From Leptospirillum sp. (GTDB lineage Bacteria; Nitrospirota; Leptospirillia; Leptospirillales; Leptospirillaceae), in the NCBI GenBank assembly GCA_027323445.1, contig DAHWBS010000001.1, forward strand, positions 2,115 through 66,114: a DNA stretch of 64,000 bases. The letters run 5' to 3'. A program made the position numbers and the translations under genes. Under the pieces are notes generated by a model. That model saw nothing but the letters and a program-made list of their open reading frames with translations, had not been told where the DNA came from and made no database searches. The first letter of the stretch is position 1. Each line of letters opens with the position of its first letter. Shown here piece by piece: positions 28,832 to 39,308 of the stretch.

Positions 28832-31120
28832 GTGAGAACTTTTTTTAAGATCAGGTCTTTTCTTTTAACATTCTCTTGTTTGGGAATTCTTTTTTTTCCA
28901 ATGATGGGGAATGCCTCGGAGTCAGCCACATCTTCCTCTAAAAACAATTCCCAGGACAAGGTCGTTGTCCTTGCGGATCACTTGAGATTTAATCGAAAAA
29001 CACATCTGATTCATGCTGTAGGCCATGCTTATGTTTCCCGTGGAAACATCTCCCTTAATGCGGATGAGGTCATTATCAATCGGAGGACAAATATCGTCTG
29101 GGCTGCGGGTCATGTCCATCTTCGTGCCCCAAAAACGAAAATGAAGGCTAAACGTCTGCGCTTGAATCTTTCCAACGGGAAAGCACATCTGATCAATGGA
29201 TCTGTTGATACCATCCAGCCTTATACGGGGAACGGGTTGAGGGCGGAGTACACATATCACATTACGGGAAAGGTTATCGATAAGCTTTCTTCTGATCATT
29301 ACCACGTGGTCAGCGGGAATGTCACAACCTGTAACTGCCTTCCGGGTTCAACCCCAAGCTGGATGATGCAAACTGGCTCCGCTGATCTCTACCTTGGTGA
29401 TCACTTTGACAGTACAAGCGATGTGCTTGATATCAAAGGCCTTCCTGCCATTTATCTGCCTTACTTTTCTTTTCCGGTTGTTTCAAGAAAAACGGGTTTG
29501 CTGATGCCGTTCGGAAACTACAACTCGATTCAGGGACTGGTGTTCCAGGATTCTCTGTTTTGGGATCTTGATCCATCCTATGATTTGATGCTCACGGTGG
29601 ATGAGATGAGTAATTTTGGTTTGGGTGAGGGACTGACCTACAGGCAGTCTTTTTCGCAAAACCAGAATCTTCTTTTGTCTTACAGCCAACAGGCAGTCAA
29701 TGATCCCAGCCTGGGTCTTCGAACGAACATTACCCAGACGACTGATCTTTATAACTACTCGGGGCAGGATTTTAGCTTGCTTGGAAATATCAATTTTGTC
29801 AGTGCACAGGATTTTTACCAGTTGATGAGCGTTGGCAGCACGGCAAGCTTTAATCCACAAATGATGTCGTCCATTTATGCGAATTACTATCAGGATAATA
29901 GCGAGGTCAACCTGATCGGGGTTTATAACGAAGACATTTTCCCTGGCCCCAACACAACCGTGTCAAAGCTTCCACAAGGGGATTTTGCCATAATGGATTA
30001 TCGTCTCGGGGAAACGCCATTCTATTTCTCCAGTTTTTTGTCGGGAGTCGACTTCATGGCTGGACCGATTCTGATGCAGAGAGGGTTATTGTTTCCTCAT
30101 TTGAGCGGAAGTTTTTCCCTTGGGGATGGTGCTGTTGAGATTTCTCCACATGGAGGAGTCCTTCAGTCTTTTTACAGTGAGGGGAACTCTTCCCCCAGCC
30201 CCTACAGCCAAACGGTTCCGAACGGAGGAATTGCTGTCAGGAGCGCATTCGAAAAAGACTTTGTCCTGCCGTCCTATCTTGGTGGCGGAACGGTTACCCA
30301 TCAGATTGTCTTAAACGGAGACTATGAATATTCTCCACAGAACAATGAGTCTGCAATCATCCAAAATGGATGGTCTGATAATATTCCCGGATTAAATGCG
30401 GCTTACTACGGAATCACAAATCGGTTTTTTTATGATGGACAATCCGGAACGACGGAGATTTTATCTTTCAAGGTCGCACAGGAAGCCATTCTAGACTCTT
30501 ATCCAACAAATACTGCGCCAACTTTCTACGGGGGATCAACGCTCTCTAATCCTTTTGTCAATTTGTCCGGCCCACTTAGTCCAATCCTTTTGGAAGCGCA
30601 TCTCCTCCCTTCTGATCCGGTCTCTTTTTACGGAGAAGCATTTTATGATACATCCTCAAGGGTTCTTCCCACTGAGGATCTTTCAATGATCTTTAACCAG
30701 GCTGCAGTCATGCCCGAGCCAATTAATTTTCTTTTCCAGATCGGCGAAACAAGCTACAGGGCGGGTACTGTGCCGATGGTGGGGAACTATTTTACCCCGC
30801 TTGCGATAACGGAAGGGTATTATCAACCAATCAGTGCCACATTTTTGGTTCCTTCGATTGGTGTTTCTACAAAACTTGGTCTATATGGATCGGTTGCCTA
30901 TTATGATGATCTTGACCCTGGTCCAGCAGGGGGAATCCAGATGGAAGTCTTGTCCGCCGGATATCAAGGCTCATGCTGGAGTTTTGGCTTGATGTACTCT
31001 CTGGTCATTGAGCCCGCGCCTCTTCCTGTCCAGACTACATATGGTTTTTCCTTAACCCTCAATGGAGTTGCGGGAATCGGTCAACTGATCAGTCCTGTTA
31101 TGCCTCCTCCTGTTCCTTGA
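28832..31120 (+). CDS. lptD: LPS-assembly protein LptD (OstA domain plus beta-barrel)
   Basis: Signal peptide, LNADEV-type OstA repeats, TTCNC..PSW, P..YLPYFSFP..RKTGLL.P, aromatic-rich strands, Y..SCW near the C-terminus. Confidence 0.8.
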   Translation: MRTFFKIRSFLLTFSCLGILFFPMMGNASESATSSSKNNSQDKVVVLADHLRFNRKTHLIHAVGHAYVSRGNISLNADEVIINRRTNIVWAAGHVHLRAPKTKMKAKRLRLNLSNGKAHLINGSVDTIQPYTGNGLRAEYTYHITGKVIDKLSSDHYHVVSGNVTTCNCLPGSTPSWMMQTGSADLYLGDHFDSTSDVLDIKGLPAIYLPYFSFPVVSRKTGLLMPFGNYNSIQGLVFQDSLFWDLDPSYDLMLTVDEMSNFGLGEGLTYRQSFSQNQNLLLSYSQQAVNDPSLGLRTNITQTTDLYNYSGQDFSLLGNINFVSAQDFYQLMSVGSTASFNPQMMSSIYANYYQDNSEVNLIGVYNEDIFPGPNTTVSKLPQGDFAIMDYRLGETPFYFSSFLSGVDFMAGPILMQRGLLFPHLSGSFSLGDGAVEISPHGGVLQSFYSEGNSSPSPYSQTVPNGGIAVRSAFEKDFVLPSYLGGGTVTHQIVLNGDYEYSPQNNESAIIQNGWSDNIPGLNAAYYGITNRFFYDGQSGTTEILSFKVAQEAILDSYPTNTAPTFYGGSTLSNPFVNLSGPLSPILLEAHLLPSDPVSFYGEAFYDTSSRVLPTEDLSMIFNQAAVMPEPINFLFQIGETSYRAGTVPMVGNYFTPLAITEGYYQPISATFLVPSIGVSTKLGLYGSVAYYDDLDPGPAGGIQMEVLSAGYQGSCWSFGLMYSLVIEPAPLPVQTTYGFSLTLNGVAGIGQLISPVMPPPVP

Positions 31121-31951
31121 TCATGCATGAGGCTGGGCCTGTTTTTCATGGAAGATCTTTTGCAATCTTTCAAGCGCAAAGCGAAAGACTTCTATGTGTA
31201 TTTTTGTTCTGTCCTCAATGGAAAGGCATGGCGGTGTCTCAAGTGTCAGCGTTCTGCTGGTACCATGCTTATGCATATAAAAGGCTTGTGGCCATCCATG
31301 CTGTCTAAAGAAAGACCGTCTTTTTCTTTTGGGGGAGATGACTCCATTGAGGGCAGGCATTCCCTCAATAGTATGGCTTTCGTTGATGGGAAATCCCTGT
31401 CTTCTTAAAAGGGCTGTAATCTCCTGTCCCCATTCGTTGGGGCCAGTTCCAACGAGATGAACTGGCTGGTGTTCGTAAAGGTAGAACCCTTTTGTATCGA
31501 TATCTTCATGGAACTCCACAGACAAGTCATATTCGCGATTTTTTAAAAAATTCATCATGATTCGTATTTCTTTTGGGGGATGACCTGTTGCAAAACATCT
31601 ATTCAGGTCGAGCCCATGTTGATTGGTTCTTGTTTTCCTTAAGAAACCCGAAGGATTAATCAATGGAAAAATATCGAGATTGACAGGTGGCAGGACGATC
31701 TTTCCATCGGAAATTTTTTTGAGCAAGGAGAGAACTGCATGGGGGCCGGCAGGCTCATCGCCATGAATCCCTGCAGACAGAAGGACCTTGGGCGCACCTG
31801 TTTCAGATTTTCTTTTAAGGCGAATAAAGGGGCAAGGTCCAATGTCTGTTTCTATATCGCTTAGAAGGGTTGCCTTGAAGCCTGACGTCTCAAGGTATTG
31901 CTCCTGTATTTCCTGAATAAGTTCTTTTGGATTGGAGAATTCTTCCATCAT
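31121..31951 (-). CDS. M14 zinc metallocarboxypeptidase / succinylglutamate desuccinylase family
   Basis: SAGIHGDEPAG, PLINPSG, DLNR, EFHED, TLETP. Confidence 0.85.
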   Translation of the reverse strand: MMEEFSNPKELIQEIQEQYLETSGFKATLLSDIETDIGPCPFIRLKRKSETGAPKVLLSAGIHGDEPAGPHAVLSLLKKISDGKIVLPPVNLDIFPLINPSGFLRKTRTNQHGLDLNRCFATGHPPKEIRIMMNFLKNREYDLSVEFHEDIDTKGFYLYEHQPVHLVGTGPNEWGQEITALLRRQGFPINESHTIEGMPALNGVISPKRKRRSFFRQHGWPQAFYMHKHGTSRTLTLETPPCLSIEDRTKIHIEVFRFALERLQKIFHEKQAQPHA

Positions 31952-32143
31952 TTATTGTCTTTGCGGAAGCAAAGGAACACCATATTGCACAACCGTTGCC
32001 TCCGCTACTCCTTTCTCTTGAGTGTCTTGATCGCTTCTAAGTTTAAAACCCGTAAAACAAAAAGTGCTTGAGATATTGCTCAGATAAATATTGGCCGAAT
32101 TCAGATTGCTCAGGGGGAATAACATCTGGAGTTGATGTGGCTA

Positions 32144-33019
32144 TTAGGTGTCCCCCCATTTTAGTTTATCCCGGAGAACCTCAAAATAGTTTCTTTCTGA
32201 ATTTACGATCAATCGGGTCAGATATGGTGACCTTGTGATCTCAATCATGTCTCCGACCTTCAGGGCGTGTCCCACTTGACCATCAAGCGTTGCGGTTACC
32301 GATTCGTCTCCTTTTTTGATAAGAATTTCAAGAGTCGCGGCACCGGGGATCACGATTGGTCTGTGTGTCAATGTATGAGGGCAAATTGGGGTGATGATGA
32401 TTCCATCCATTCCTGGGTAAAGGATCGGACCGCCTGCGGATAAGGAGTAGGCGGTTGAGCCGGTTGGGGATGAGAAAATAACCCCATCGCCTTTGAGGGA
32501 TGTGACGAATTGTGAATTCATATATATGTCTGACTCGATCAATCGTGCAATGGATCCATTATTGATCACAATGTCATTTAAAACATGAGTATGTGATTGT
32601 TCTATCCGATTCCGAAAAATGCGCACCTGAAGCATGATTCGATTTTCAATGGAGTAATCTCCTTGAAGTGTGCGGGAGAGGACTTCCAAAAGCTCGGTAG
32701 ATTGTACTTCCGTTAAAAAGCCAAGATTTCCGAGATTAACGCCAAGAATAGGGGTCTGTGTTTCCGCAAGTAATCTTGCAGCAGAAAGCAATGTGCCATC
32801 TCCCCCTAAAACGAGAACCATTTCGCTTTCATCCCGAATGACCTCTCTTGATCCGGAAGGTTCATTAGAAAGAAGCAATGAGCCTTCCGGATCAAGTATA
32901 GGTGTAACACCCCTTGATCGTAGCCAAGGTAATAAATCACTTAAAATTGACCTGATTGCCTCGGATCGGTGCGGTTTGCAAAGGATCCCCACTCGCGCAA
33001 TGGGAGTGTTTTTCATCAT
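32144..33019 (-). CDS. nadK: NAD kinase
   Basis: LGGDGTLL, GVNLGNLGFL, LND, GDG..SSPTGSTAYSLSAGGP, PICPH. Confidence 0.95.
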   Translation of the reverse strand: MMKNTPIARVGILCKPHRSEAIRSILSDLLPWLRSRGVTPILDPEGSLLLSNEPSGSREVIRDESEMVLVLGGDGTLLSAARLLAETQTPILGVNLGNLGFLTEVQSTELLEVLSRTLQGDYSIENRIMLQVRIFRNRIEQSHTHVLNDIVINNGSIARLIESDIYMNSQFVTSLKGDGVIFSSPTGSTAYSLSAGGPILYPGMDGIIITPICPHTLTHRPIVIPGAATLEILIKKGDESVTATLDGQVGHALKVGDMIEITRSPYLTRLIVNSERNYFEVLRDKLKWGDT

Positions 33020-33145
33020 TTTGTCTCCGAAGAAAGTACAGGGAGCAAGTTATTTAACTTGGAAGGCTCTATAAAGAAAAAGATTTAGTATTCTACGATG
33101 GATCATGAAAAAACGGTAGGGCTAATATTGATGATAAGACGGTAC

Positions 33146-33328
33146 TCCCCTGTTCTTTCGACGTCCGTTCCCGCGAATGGAGGCAGACACAGAAAACTTG
33201 GTCGGGATCTGGACTGATGAGACTCAAATCCCGGACCGAGGAAGGATAGGATACTCATGCTACAAGATCAACTCTCTCTTTCTTAAACCCAAAAGGTTGG
33301 TTTGAAAATATGGAGAACACTAAGGGGA
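33146..33328 (+). ncRNA. Putative structured ncRNA (6S-RNA-like size and closing stem)
   Basis: About 183 nt. 5' TCCCCT-GTTCTTT pairs with 3' GGAGAAC..AGGGGA; internal hairpins at 33197-33240 and 33283-33305; G-U pairs favour the + strand. Confidence 0.3.
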
Positions 33329-33555
33329 TTCATTTAAACGAAGCATGATTTTATCCAGATCTTGGTCTCGGAAGAAAATTCTGATTTCTGATTATGAGGA
33401 ATAGGGAGATCTGTTAGAAGCTCAGATGCTGATTGGTTATCGGACGGGGATGATTCAAGGGATGTTACTCTTGATCAATCAGCGGGGACTGGAAGATCGA
33501 GCATTAGGACGAGCACTTGGATCAAAGATGTGTCCTGACTCCCTATCGTGACACC

Positions 33556-33585
33556 TTGACTTCCATCATTCTTAAGTGCTATAAC
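33556..33585 (+). promoter_or_regulatory. Sigma70 promoter of the oxidoreductase-bc operon
   Basis: TTGACT-18 bp-TATAAC with extended -10 TG. Confidence 0.65.
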
Positions 33586-33755
33586 CGCCGAACTAAAAAA
33601 AGCCAATAGAGAAGATCCTGCTCGACAAATCGCACCAGTTTTACCAAATGAATTGTAAGGGCGCTGTCCCCGAGGGGGGAGTACTATCTCCTCCTCCAGT
33701 CATATATCGACATAAGCTTGTCTGGCCCAGGGGTCTAAGGGCGGAGGTTAGATAA

Positions 33756-35597
33756 ATGAAAGGAAAGTATAAGCTCCATATTCCTGAGTATAATTACTAT
33801 TCCGATCAGGTGGCTTGTAGGAAATCATGTCCGGTTGGTACGGATGCTGGTGGATACGTGCAGGCCATCCGCTCGGGAGAGTATGAGAAGGCCTATGCCA
33901 TTGCCAGAGGGCCAAATCCATTTGCTTCTGTGTGTGGATGGGTTTGTAATGCTCCCTGCGAAGCTTCCTGTACAAGGGGAAATATTGATCGTCCGGTATC
34001 GATCCGGGCTCTTAAGAGATTTGTAACAGAAAAATTTGGGGTTGAAGCCGTTCTCGACCCTGCCGCAACCCTTCGTTATTCAACTGCACCAGGCGTTCCG
34101 TATGGGAGGGCAACAGGTGAGAAGGTTGCAGTTATTGGTGGGGGACCTGCAGGTTTAAGCGCAGCTCATGATCTTGCCCGGCTTGGATATCGGGTAACTA
34201 TATTTGAAGCCAACTCCAAATTGGGCGGTCTGTTTTATCTGGTCCCGGAGTACCGACTTCCAAGGCCTTTATTTCAGGCTGAAATTGAAGCCATCCTGAG
34301 TATGGGAGTCGAAGTCAGATTAAACACAAAAGTTGGAAAAGATATTTCTTTTGAAGAAATATACAAGTCTTTCAAGTCTGTTGTAATTTCCTCCGGAGCT
34401 TGGGGTTCCAGGCCAATTCCCTTTGAAGGGAAAGATCTTCAGGGAACTTATTCAGCTCTTCCATTCCTTCAATCTGTTTATATCCAGCATCAACCAGTTG
34501 CTTTGGGTCGGCGTGTCGCTGTTGTTGGCGCGGGTAATGTGGCTATGGATGTCTGCAGGACTGCAGTCCGTCTGCCAGGGGTCGAGTCTGTCAGTGTCAT
34601 CGCTCTTGAAGATTGGGCGGAAATGCCGGCTGATGATGCAGAAATTGAAGATGCCGTTGATGAAGGCGTACATTTCCTGCCGCGCAAGGGGACCCGCCGG
34701 ATTGTTGGTACGTCATCGGTCGAAGGCATTGAGGTTGTCGGGGTGAAGTCAGTTTTCGACGATCAGGGTCGCTTTAGTCCGGTCTACAATGAAGAAGATC
34801 TTATTGTTGTTCCTGTCGATTCTGTCGTTCTGGCTATCGGACAGTCAATCGATACGGCTTTCATATCAGGTGAGCATGATTCGATTATTGGTCGTAACGG
34901 AGTTATTCGGGCCAATATGAGCGATATGAGCACGGGAATTCCCGGTGTGTTTGCTGCCGGTGATGTGGTGACAGGGCCACGGATTTTTATTGAAGCGATT
35001 GCTGCTGGGCAGTCTGCCGCGGCATCGGTTCATCGTTATCTCAGTCAAAAGGAAACTCCTAAAACGGTATTTGGTGTCTCGACTGCGATTGAGCATAGAG
35101 GAGCTCCAACTCCTGTATGGCCAGTCGATTTTAATGTGGATGGCTACTACACGATTCCAAGGCAGAATCCCCAATTATTGAAACCGGAATTCCGTCGTAC
35201 AAACTTTGAGCTTGCGGAGCTTTCTTTTACAGAGGAAGAGGCTCGCGCTCAATCGTCAAGGTGTTTGACATGTCATGTAAACCCCATATTTGTTGGGGAA
35301 AAGTGCATCATGTGCGGTGGATGCGTTGATGTATGTCCAGAATTTGCGCTGAAAATGATTCCCTTGTCAGAAGTGGATCTTGATATTCCGAAATCTGCTG
35401 ATGTGTTGAGCGGATTCATCGGAGTCGAAAAGGCTCGCCTCGGAGAGACGGAGGTTCTTCAAGAGCTTAGCCGTTCTACTGCCATGATTTGGGATGGCGC
35501 CCGATGTATCAGATGTGGCCTATGTGCCAAGAGGTGTCCAACTGGTGCAATCACAATGGAACACCTGGAAATTAAACAGGAGGTAACCCATACATGA
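33756..35597 (+). CDS. GltD/NfnB/SudA-family FAD- and Fe-S-containing NAD(P)H oxidoreductase with C-terminal 2x[4Fe-4S] domain
   Basis: [76 protein letters not shown]. Confidence 0.9.
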   Translation: MKGKYKLHIPEYNYYSDQVACRKSCPVGTDAGGYVQAIRSGEYEKAYAIARGPNPFASVCGWVCNAPCEASCTRGNIDRPVSIRALKRFVTEKFGVEAVLDPAATLRYSTAPGVPYGRATGEKVAVIGGGPAGLSAAHDLARLGYRVTIFEANSKLGGLFYLVPEYRLPRPLFQAEIEAILSMGVEVRLNTKVGKDISFEEIYKSFKSVVISSGAWGSRPIPFEGKDLQGTYSALPFLQSVYIQHQPVALGRRVAVVGAGNVAMDVCRTAVRLPGVESVSVIALEDWAEMPADDAEIEDAVDEGVHFLPRKGTRRIVGTSSVEGIEVVGVKSVFDDQGRFSPVYNEEDLIVVPVDSVVLAIGQSIDTAFISGEHDSIIGRNGVIRANMSDMSTGIPGVFAAGDVVTGPRIFIEAIAAGQSAAASVHRYLSQKETPKTVFGVSTAIEHRGAPTPVWPVDFNVDGYYTIPRQNPQLLKPEFRRTNFELAELSFTEEEARAQSSRCLTCHVNPIFVGEKCIMCGGCVDVCPEFALKMIPLSEVDLDIPKSADVLSGFIGVEKARLGETEVLQELSRSTAMIWDGARCIRCGLCAKRCPTGAITMEHLEIKQEVTHT

Positions 35598-36208
35598 GTA
35601 TTGTCGCAGACCAATCTCAGAACAATGATTCTGGGGTATTAGGCCCAACAGAACAGGGTCGCAGAAAGTTTATGCTTGCAGCGGGTTGGGGGGTAGTGGG
35701 TGCAACTTTGGCCGGTTCGACTTTCGCCGCATACAAATACTTGTTTCCTCCAATCCTTTATGAGCCACCGACAGTTTTTAAAATAGGTCATGTTACAGAG
35801 TATGGATTGGGCGTTGATGAGCGCTGGAAGCTGAAAGGCCGTTTCTGGGTTGTCAGAAACATGAGAGGGATCTATAACATGATCTCGATCTGTCGCCATT
35901 TGGGTTGTACTCCAAACTGGTTTCCGGATCAGAAGAGATTTCGTTGTCCTTGCCATGGATCCATTTATGATGTGCATGGAAATGTACGAGGTGGTCCAGC
36001 TCCGAGAACTCTCTGGAGAGGGCAAATCACTAAGGATCCTGTCGATGGTGCCTTGGTTGTCAACACCGTTATACGACTTGATCCGAATCCGGCTCAAACA
36101 CCTCAAGGGCTTTGGGTGAAAGAAAAAGTAAAAGAAGTGAATCCGTTCTGGTTGGAGCATGCCCCACCAGCGGGTGGATCGTGCTCATCGAACAGGTTAC
36201 TTTGCTAG
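35594..36208 (+). CDS. Rieske iron-sulfur subunit of a bc-type complex
   Basis: Tat motif GRRKF plus TM; CRHLGC and CPCHGSIY; GPAPR.L. Confidence 0.93.
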   Translation: MSIVADQSQNNDSGVLGPTEQGRRKFMLAAGWGVVGATLAGSTFAAYKYLFPPILYEPPTVFKIGHVTEYGLGVDERWKLKGRFWVVRNMRGIYNMISICRHLGCTPNWFPDQKRFRCPCHGSIYDVHGNVRGGPAPRTLWRGQITKDPVDGALVVNTVIRLDPNPAQTPQGLWVKEKVKEVNPFWLEHAPPAGGSCSSNRLLC

Positions 36209-36284
36209 CCTTGTAACTTCCGGATTGGATTGTGTTTATGCTGGCACACATTAATAACATTCCTTTTTTAAAGGGAAAGGATAT

Positions 36285-37049
36285 TTGATGCTGGAAAAAA
36301 TGAAAGAGAAAGTCGTTCAGACTCAGCTGTTCAAGTCTGTTTTCAGGCATGGATATCCTGATAACGAGCTGAATCAGGCCTATGTTGTATTTAGCAATAT
36401 TTTTCTTCACATCCATCCCGTAAAGGTTCGGCGTAGTGCCTTGCGTATGCGGTATACGTTCTGCCTGGGAGGCATTACCCTGTTTCTCTTTATCATGTTG
36501 GCGGTAACGGGTATTTGGCTTATGTTCTACTACACTCCTTATACCGGTCTGGCGTACAAGAACATCAAGGATATCCAGTTTGTGATCTTTGGTGGAAACT
36601 TAATGAGAGATCTTCATCGTTTTGCAGCCCATGGAATGGTTCTGTTTGTCTGGTTGCATATGACAAGGGTGTTTCTGACCGGAGCCTACAAGGCTCCCAG
36701 GGAGTTCAACTGGGTTGTTGGTGTCGTACTTCTGGTTAATACGCTGATCCTCAGCTGGACCGGATATCTTCTCCCATGGGATCAGCTTGCTTACTGGGCT
36801 GTTACAGTGGGGACCAAGATGGCTTCCTACACACCATTTATCGGTCAGAATGGACCATGGGGTGCCCAGCTTGGTGTCAATCCAACGAATGATCTGATGT
36901 TCATGATGATCGGTGGTACGGTAGTCGGTCAAAATGCTCTGATCCGTTTTTATGTCCTCCATTGTGTTGTATTGCCTCTGGTTGTGACAGTGTTTCTGGC
37001 TGTCCATTTCTGGAGAATTCGGAAGGATGGTTTTTCAGGGCCCTTGTAA
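36285..37049 (+). CDS. Cytochrome b N-terminal part (b6-like, split cytochrome b)
   Basis: FCLGG (heme ci-type Cys), [46 protein letters not shown]. Confidence 0.93.
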   Translation: MMLEKMKEKVVQTQLFKSVFRHGYPDNELNQAYVVFSNIFLHIHPVKVRRSALRMRYTFCLGGITLFLFIMLAVTGIWLMFYYTPYTGLAYKNIKDIQFVIFGGNLMRDLHRFAAHGMVLFVWLHMTRVFLTGAYKAPREFNWVVGVVLLVNTLILSWTGYLLPWDQLAYWAVTVGTKMASYTPFIGQNGPWGAQLGVNPTNDLMFMMIGGTVVGQNALIRFYVLHCVVLPLVVTVFLAVHFWRIRKDGFSGPL

Positions 37050-37112
37050 AATCTTCTGTGAGGAATTTTGACTGTGCCGTTAGAGTAATATCGTTTCGGA
37101 GAGGATAATCTT

Positions 37113-37943
37113 ATGGAAAACAAGGCAGTAAGGGAAATATTTCCGAGGGATGCAAAGAAATCCTACGGTCTAGTCGAGCTGATGAAGGGGGCCTCTCCGA
37201 TTGTCCGAAAGGAGCCGGAGGATACTGTCTATACATGGCCCAACCTGATCATGATTGAACTTATTTGTGCATTATTGGTAACGGCCGCATTAATTCTCCT
37301 GGTTCAGTTCGAACATGCACCTCTCAGATCTCTGGCGGATCCTTCGACAACGCCAAATCCAATGAGAGCTCCGTGGTACTTTTTGGGACTTCAGGAGATT
37401 CTCGTGTATTTTGATCCATGGTATGCAGGTGTTGTTTTGCCAGGAATGATTATTGTCGGATTGATGATTTTCCCTTATGTCGACACAAACCCAAAAGGTG
37501 TGGGCTATTACACATATTCCGAAAGAAAGTTTGCTGTATTTAACTACTCTTTTGGTTTCGCCCTCTGGTGGATCACCATTGTGATCGGTACTTATCTTCG
37601 AGGATTAGACTGGCAATGGTATTGGCCTTGGAGTGACAAGCTTGCACACATGAATCCGGCTTTGGTTACCCTGGTTCCTTTACATATTGTATTTGTAAAT
37701 CTGCTTCATGTATCAAAAGATGTGGCGAAGGGTTTTTGCGACATCATTTTCCTTGGATATTTTGCTGTGGGAATGCTTATTCCTTATTTCTTCATGCGTA
37801 AGTTCTATGATTCTATGGGTGCTGGAAGATATATCACCTTCATGATTTTCTTCTTGTCCATGATGGGTGTTGGTCTGAAAATCATTTTGAGACTTCTCTT
37901 TAACATCAAGTATATTGTTGTAACCCCATGGATTAATGTTTGA
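37113..37943 (+). CDS. Cytochrome b C-terminal part / subunit IV-like
   Basis: WPNL, APL...ADP..TPNPMRAPWYFLGLQE, FPYVD. Confidence 0.88.
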   Translation: MENKAVREIFPRDAKKSYGLVELMKGASPIVRKEPEDTVYTWPNLIMIELICALLVTAALILLVQFEHAPLRSLADPSTTPNPMRAPWYFLGLQEILVYFDPWYAGVVLPGMIIVGLMIFPYVDTNPKGVGYYTYSERKFAVFNYSFGFALWWITIVIGTYLRGLDWQWYWPWSDKLAHMNPALVTLVPLHIVFVNLLHVSKDVAKGFCDIIFLGYFAVGMLIPYFFMRKFYDSMGAGRYITFMIFFLSMMGVGLKIILRLLFNIKYIVVTPWINV

Positions 37944-38022
37944 CCAAATTTTTGGTCTAGGCTTCACATGCAAGTTGTAAAATACGGGCGGAGATCTGAT
38001 CTTCGCCCCACCGGGAGGTTGA

Positions 38023-38244
38023 ATGGGATCAATACATAGTTTCTTTGATGCTCCTTGGATAGAGCAGGTTTTCGGGTTTCCATACAGAATCGGAATATCT
38101 CTTGTATTATTGTTTGGAACGGCATTTTTTTATTATCTGGTGATCTGGTTTCAGAAATGGCAAGAGGCAAGTTTCTATCCAGAAGGCCATCCTCTTCGCA
38201 AGGATTCCTCTTCCAGTGATCAAGAAAGGGGAATTCGATCATGA
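38023..38244 (+). CDS. Small single-TM protein
   Basis: GGAGG RBS; one TM; ATGA overlap with the cytochrome c gene. Confidence 0.65.
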   Translation: MGSIHSFFDAPWIEQVFGFPYRIGISLVLLFGTAFFYYLVIWFQKWQEASFYPEGHPLRKDSSSSDQERGIRS

Positions 38245-39206
38245 AGATGAAAATATATGCTATGTTCCTTTTCTCCACGATTTTTGTCGGAGTGATGGTA
38301 GCTGTTGAGATGTATAAGGATGCAAATCCTGAATGGATGGCCTATCAGAGTCATTTCTATAAGCTCTTGGCTGCAAAGACTAAAAAACCAGAGATTGCAA
38401 ATACTCCATTACAGGTTGTTCAGACTTGGAATGCAATTCTGAATAAGGCTGACAGGTGTCAAACTTGCCATATGGGCATCAATATTCCCATTTTCAAAGA
38501 TATGCCCGAACCATTTACCGCCCATCCTGATATGTCAGGTTTTATGTCAAAACATCCTTTTGAAAAGTTTGGGTGTACTGTTTGCCATGATGGTAATGGA
38601 ATGGCAACTACGGTCAAAGAGGCACACGGGTTTAACGTAACTTTGAACTATCAGCCGAAGGTGGGTCCTTTTTCAGAAGCATCTTGCGCTAAATGTCATA
38701 CTGATCTTTATAGCGAAGGTGTGAACCCTCCCATGACACCTTATTTAAACCTTGCGAAAAGAACCATCAAGGAAAAAGGTTGTGGTTCTTGTCATATGAT
38801 GGCTCAGTTCAATCTGCATGGTGTCCTTGCCCCTGACCTGTCCGGATTTGGTTCAAGAACTGAATTGGGATTTTACAATGTCCATATGTTTGAATATGTA
38901 AATGGTATTCGTTCTGAGAGGGAGTGGGAATGGGAGCATTTTAAAAACCCAAGACGCGTCTCTCCAGGTGTTCCAGCATTTAAGGTTCCGCCCACGATCA
39001 TGCCAAATTTTCACCTGACAGACGAGCAAACGACAGCGCTTACTGTATGGGTGCTTGGTTTGGTTGATCCTTCTGTTATAACGATTCCGCAAAAATACCT
39101 TCCTGTTGAAAGAAGTCAGGGAAGACCTGTTCCTATCCCGATCACGAAGGGAAACATAGGTGTTTTTCCGGATTCAGCTTTTAAAAAAGTCTCATTTCAT
39201 AATTAA
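38241..39206 (+). CDS. Membrane-anchored tetraheme cytochrome c
   Basis: Four CxxCH (CQTCH, CTVCH, CAKCH, CGSCH), APDLS, TIMPNF. Confidence 0.9.
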   Translation: MKMKIYAMFLFSTIFVGVMVAVEMYKDANPEWMAYQSHFYKLLAAKTKKPEIANTPLQVVQTWNAILNKADRCQTCHMGINIPIFKDMPEPFTAHPDMSGFMSKHPFEKFGCTVCHDGNGMATTVKEAHGFNVTLNYQPKVGPFSEASCAKCHTDLYSEGVNPPMTPYLNLAKRTIKEKGCGSCHMMAQFNLHGVLAPDLSGFGSRTELGFYNVHMFEYVNGIRSEREWEWEHFKNPRRVSPGVPAFKVPPTIMPNFHLTDEQTTALTVWVLGLVDPSVITIPQKYLPVERSQGRPVPIPITKGNIGVFPDSAFKKVSFHN

Positions 39207-39224
39207 CAAGGGTTCCTTCGTATA

Positions 39225-39264
39225 AGAAAAACCCCCTTCGCCTAGTGGTGAAGGGGGTTTTTCT
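39225..39264 (+). terminator. Rho-independent terminator (possibly bidirectional)
   Basis: AGAAAAACCCCCTTCGCC-tagt-GGTGAAGGGGGTTTTTCT. Confidence 0.85.
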
Positions 39265-39308
39265 GTTATTTGAGACTTTAAAAACGATTTCTGTTTTGGG
39301 GAAAATGA

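Noticed and set aside
33213-33260. Hammerhead ribozyme core (CTGATGAG)
   Set aside because: No stem II followed by GAAA downstream; the motif lies in a hairpin loop.
33756-35597. Glutamate synthase small subunit gltD
   Set aside because: No gltB is adjacent, there is an extra ferredoxin tail, and the gene is coupled to a Rieske gene.
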